Positions 16,903-20,000 of a stretch of DNA of 20,000 nt are shown one piece after another. Every line of letters starts with the position of its first letter. The stretch's first letter is position 1. The position numbers and the translations under genes were made by a program. Location: sequence record SRR20825019_117. One strand, given 5' to 3'. The notes beneath the pieces were generated by a model that saw only the letters and a list, made by a program, of their open reading frames with translations, had not been told where the DNA came from and made no database searches.

Positions 16903-16966
16903 AATGTGACCCTGTTTTCAGTTATCAGGTTGAACCAATACGACATTGGCACAACCAAAAACGTCA
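16903..16966 (-). promoter_or_regulatory. Putative activator-dependent promoter of the methyltransferase-metF-fhs operon
   Basis: Minus strand: TGACGTTTTTGG (16966-16955)-N9-TGTCGTATTGG (16945-16935)-N26-CACATT (16908-16903), matching 7262-7325. Confidence 0.72.
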
Positions 16967-17096
16967 ACACCGAGATGATGGATCCCGGAAGCCCTCCCAA
17001 AGCGCCAAGCATGAGGTGAGTAGACAGCAACCACCACCTGCTCCGTAAAGCCTGTTATATTGGTGGGGACCGTCCGTGCAGATCAAGGAGTCGACG

Positions 17097-17498
17097 TTGA
17101 CACTGACCACCCCTGCCCTTTTGTTTCCCGCCATTTCATTGTTGCTGCTGGCGTACACCAATCGCTTTCTCGTACTTGCTCAATTGATCCGTCAACTCAA
17201 ACAGATGGATACAGAAGAAGACCATGCCCTTATTGCCCGCCAGATCAGCATGCTGCGCAAACGCATTTTGCTGACCAAACGGATGCAGGCTTACGGTGTG
17301 CTCAGTTTTTTTGTCTGCACCATGTCCATGTTTGTTCTGTTTGTGGGAGCTCAGCTTGCTGGAGCAATCGCGTTCGGCATCAGTCTCGTGCTGCTGTCGG
17401 TCTCATTGTTGTATTCACTGTACGAAATCGTGATTTCCACCAACGCCATCAACGTTGAGCTTGAAAATTTCGAGGCCCGGAAACGAGCCGGGGAGTAA
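17097..17498 (+). CDS. DUF2721 family membrane protein
   Basis: LTLTTPALLFPAISLLLLAYTNRFL...LIRQL...QISMLRKRI...EIVISTNAI pattern. TTG 17097 follows AAGGAG; alternative start GTG 17076. Confidence 0.82.
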   Translation: MTLTTPALLFPAISLLLLAYTNRFLVLAQLIRQLKQMDTEEDHALIARQISMLRKRILLTKRMQAYGVLSFFVCTMSMFVLFVGAQLAGAIAFGISLVLLSVSLLYSLYEIVISTNAINVELENFEARKRAGE

Positions 17499-17585
17499 TA
17501 CACAAACGCTCAGGAAACCGAGCCAGGCGGATACAAAACCGGAGAAGGGGCAGCACAACTTTCGGAAAATATCTTGCACGGCACA

Positions 17586-18014
17586 TCATTTGTTTCTCGG
17601 GCTGACAACGGCCAATGTCACCGTTGCCTTGGAGACAAGTCGCATGTCACCAGCCTCGCCACAATAAACCTCAGACTCTACCACGGTTAACGTAGAGCCT
17701 GCCTTGAGCACAGTGGCGACACACTCGATATGTGTCCCACTGGCAGCCCTCAGCAACTTCAGCGAGAAGTCCGATGTCAGGACTATCTGCCCGGATTTAA
17801 CAGCGGAGGCACCGGCAGCACCCGCCGTGTGATCCGCCACCGTAGCCTGCACCCCGAAATGCACGAAACCATCCTGCTGCAGGTGCCGTTCCGCCAGTAC
17901 CAGGCGCGAACGGCATTCACCGGTTTTGATAGACACCAGTTCCAGACCAATATCCGCAACAAACGGTGCCGATGAAAATATCCGTTCCACTTCTTTATTG
18001 TTAAGCGTGTCCAC
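17586..18014 (-). CDS. PaaI family hotdog-fold thioesterase
   Basis: HLQQDGFVHFGVQATVADHTAGAA, LKLLRAA, VLKAGSTLTVVESEV; GTG 18014 with GGAG RBS. Confidence 0.85.
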   Translation of the reverse strand: MDTLNNKEVERIFSSAPFVADIGLELVSIKTGECRSRLVLAERHLQQDGFVHFGVQATVADHTAGAAGASAVKSGQIVLTSDFSLKLLRAASGTHIECVATVLKAGSTLTVVESEVYCGEAGDMRLVSKATVTLAVVSPRNK

Positions 18015-18119
18015 ATTGTCTCCGGAGCTGTTGTTGGTCAAGTGCGTCGGTATCTTTGAATCTTGGTTCGGTTTCGTAGTGGAACATTCGCCCCACCTCA
18101 CATCGTGTTAGCGGCAAAG

Positions 18120-18680
18120 TCACTCGGAATTTCCGGCGAGGGCAAACCGTTCAATGATCTGATAGACAGACCCATGATCCCCCTGTGTGCTTTCAAACAA
18201 CGCAATCCCGCCGACCGAAAATGCCCCTAACGGTTGTCGTTTCCGAGACTCCAGCAATTCGGCAACTGAGCCACGCTGTCTATTGAAACGCGACAACGTG
18301 ATATGTGGGCGGAACGGGCGTTTTTCCTGCTCAAACCCTGGCATGCAGAGCCTCTGGCAAAGCACCTCGTGAAGCTCTGCCAGTTTATCCGCTGGCTGAA
18401 CTCCGGCCCACAGATTTTTTGGAAAGTCCGGTCGGCCGAAGCAGCCCAGGCCACAAACCGTTAGATCAAATCGTTCAACTGGCAGGTTTCGGGCGGCATC
18501 ACATACATCCGGCAACCGCTGTCTGGCCACACTACCGAGAAATACCAGCGTAAGATGCAGCTGATCCGGTCGCTGCCAGCGCGCCCCTGCAACCGGTTGC
18601 TGAATTGACACCAGACGCTGTTTTACAGAATCGGGGATTTCCAACCCGAAGAACAGGCGATGTGTTTCTGGTTTATCCAA
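18120..18680 (-). CDS. thpR: RNA 2',3'-cyclic phosphodiesterase (2H phosphoesterase)
   Basis: RLFFGL, two HxT motifs (HLTLVFLG, FRPHITLSR), LFES. Start uncertain (TTG 18680 or 18692). Confidence 0.9.
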   Translation of the reverse strand: MDKPETHRLFFGLEIPDSVKQRLVSIQQPVAGARWQRPDQLHLTLVFLGSVARQRLPDVCDAARNLPVERFDLTVCGLGCFGRPDFPKNLWAGVQPADKLAELHEVLCQRLCMPGFEQEKRPFRPHITLSRFNRQRGSVAELLESRKRQPLGAFSVGGIALFESTQGDHGSVYQIIERFALAGNSE

Positions 18681-19263
18681 CCCGCACCCCAAACCATTCT
18701 GGAAACCGGCGCAGACAGTACAGCGCTATCATGTCGTAAACACCATGCCAGACCATCACCAACAACAAACTGTCCGTCAGTGCATAAGCTGCCCCCAACA
18801 CCACTCCAAGCCCCGTCGCCAATAGAAAGTAGGTGAACGAAAGATAATGCACCATGCCAAACAGCACCGACGCAGCCGCTATCGCAACCGCATCGTGGGT
18901 GTGTTGGGCCAGCCAACCCTGGACCGCCCCACGGAACAGCAATTCTTCACCGACTCCGGCGAAGACTGCCAAGGCTACCAGCACCGGCCAGGAATACCCG
19001 CAAGCGAAACGGTGCAACTGCTCCAACTGGGAGTCCAGAGAATTGCGGAGCCGGCCCGGCAGCCAGGTCAACATCATGATCACAACGTAGGTTGCCACAC
19101 TGCCGGCCACTCCCCATAGAACGACCGAGCCAAAGCTCAAACCATCGTACTGAACCGGTATACCGAACAAAAAAATCGCCAGCAGCCCCACCACACCAAT
19201 ACCGGCCTGAAATCCCAATGCGAACGTGGATGAAATCTGCGGGCGTTTGCGAGCCATCGCCAC
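18673..19263 (-). CDS. CPBP (Abi/CAAX) family intramembrane glutamic endopeptidase
   Basis: GEELLFRG, LFGMVH and WHGVYD motifs in a multi-TM protein. Start 19263 (GTG) or 19257 (ATG). Confidence 0.9.
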   Translation of the reverse strand: MAMARKRPQISSTFALGFQAGIGVVGLLAIFLFGIPVQYDGLSFGSVVLWGVAGSVATYVVIMMLTWLPGRLRNSLDSQLEQLHRFACGYSWPVLVALAVFAGVGEELLFRGAVQGWLAQHTHDAVAIAAASVLFGMVHYLSFTYFLLATGLGVVLGAAYALTDSLLLVMVWHGVYDMIALYCLRRFPEWFGVRVG

Positions 19264-19587
19264 TCATCTGCCTCGCTTGCCAGGCGGCATCACCACCCAC
19301 TCAGGGTCATCGAATTCGCCAAGCGGCGTAATCTCGCAAAATGGCGCGGCGCTACGGATGATTCGGGCCACTTCCGGGTTATGCTGCCCTTCCATGGCAT
19401 CCCGCTGCTCTTTACTGTCCCAACTGGCGATGGCAATCAGCACATTCGGGTCACCCATTTTCCGGTGCAACTCTGTACCACGCGCACCCGGCGCCTGCTG
19501 GATGATCTCGCTGGCGCGGACCCAGGCATCGGCGTATTCCTCTGCCGTGTGCCCTTCTCGTATGCGAACCTCGAAGATGTATTTCAT
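19264..19587 (-). CDS. Antibiotic biosynthesis monooxygenase (ABM)-like dimeric alpha/beta-barrel protein
   Basis: 107 aa; FEVRIREG...EEYADAW...APGARGTELHR...LIAIASWDS pattern; GAGGG RBS. Confidence 0.75.
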   Translation of the reverse strand: MKYIFEVRIREGHTAEEYADAWVRASEIIQQAPGARGTELHRKMGDPNVLIAIASWDSKEQRDAMEGQHNPEVARIIRSAAPFCEITPLGEFDDPEWVVMPPGKRGR

Positions 19588-19835
19588 GAGCTCACCCTCG
19601 TTCCAAACGGCAAATTCCCAAATAGCGGGCCTCTGACTCCCAGAGTAATTGTTTTGATTCTGGATCGCATCGGTAAATGCCTACAAATAAACTTGGCAAT
19701 TCCAGGGACATAGGAGTAAAGTGCGATCCGTAGGAAAGATTTAGCACAGCATTTCACGAATAAGACGTATCACCGTAGTTACTGGTAGTTTTCCGTCCTG
19801 TTTTTGATTCCGCGCGTTTTTTGTTTCCGCATAAC

Positions 19836-19869
19836 GCTGATCAGTCATCGTTTCCGATGGTCTGTCAGC
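19836..19869 (+). promoter_or_regulatory. Stem-loop in the leader of the cold-shock gene
   Basis: GCTGA-T-CAG-TCATCG-[TTTC]-CGATGG-T-CTG-TCAGC imperfect hairpin about 30 nt upstream of the csp ATG. Confidence 0.45.
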
Positions 19870-19900
19870 ACATTAAATTATCGATCTCAGGATTATGATT

Positions 19901-20000
19901 ATGTCTACCACTACCGGTACTGTTAAGTTTTTCAACGAAGCAAAAGGCTTTGGTTTCATCACTCGTGAAAGCGGCCCGGACGTATTCGTTCACTACAGCG
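19901..20000 (+). CDS. cspA: Cold-shock protein (CspA family); runs off the window end
   Basis: Manual translation [33 protein letters not shown] with RNP1 (KGFGFI) and RNP2 (VFVHY); AGGA RBS. Confidence 0.95.
   Translation, partial: MSTTTGTVKFFNEAKGFGFITRESGPDVFVHYS

Noticed and set aside
19925-19933. CspA with KFFN instead of the canonical KWFN
   Set aside because: Conservative aromatic substitution that I recall in other Csp proteins; not evidence of novelty.
1-20000. CRISPR arrays, tRNA/rRNA, IS elements, prophage or defence genes
   Set aside because: No repeat-spacer periodicity, RNA-gene signatures or transposase/integrase/nuclease motifs were seen by eye.

Overview
GC-rich gammaproteobacterial chromosomal window, Marinobacter-like judging by gene content and the CspA sequence. 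About 20 CDSs; no rRNA, tRNA, CRISPR or mobile element was seen. The left flank (1-7243) holds ydbL(partial)-ynbE-ydbH, a GNAT/carbon-nitrogen-hydrolase fusion, an NlpC/P60 lipoprotein, a Ca2+/cation antiporter, DUF2784 and a membrane GGDEF protein. The right flank (17076-20000) holds DUF2721, PaaI, ThpR, CPBP, ABM and a partial cspA. The centre (~7260-16970) is a coherent methylated-amine/C1 cluster: a dimethylglycine oxidase/dehydrogenase-like flavoprotein, sdaA, a GbdR-like regulator, and an operon of a DmdA-like THF-dependent methyltransferase, metF and fhs. All four transcription units of this cluster carry a TGTCG box starting exactly 37 nt before a -10-like hexamer. The main hypothesis (inference) is a GbdR-controlled glycine betaine catabolic route whose first demethylation is done by a DmdA/LigM-type THF-dependent methyltransferase instead of the GbcAB oxygenase. 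Family assignments come from motif recognition and recalled sequences, not database searches.
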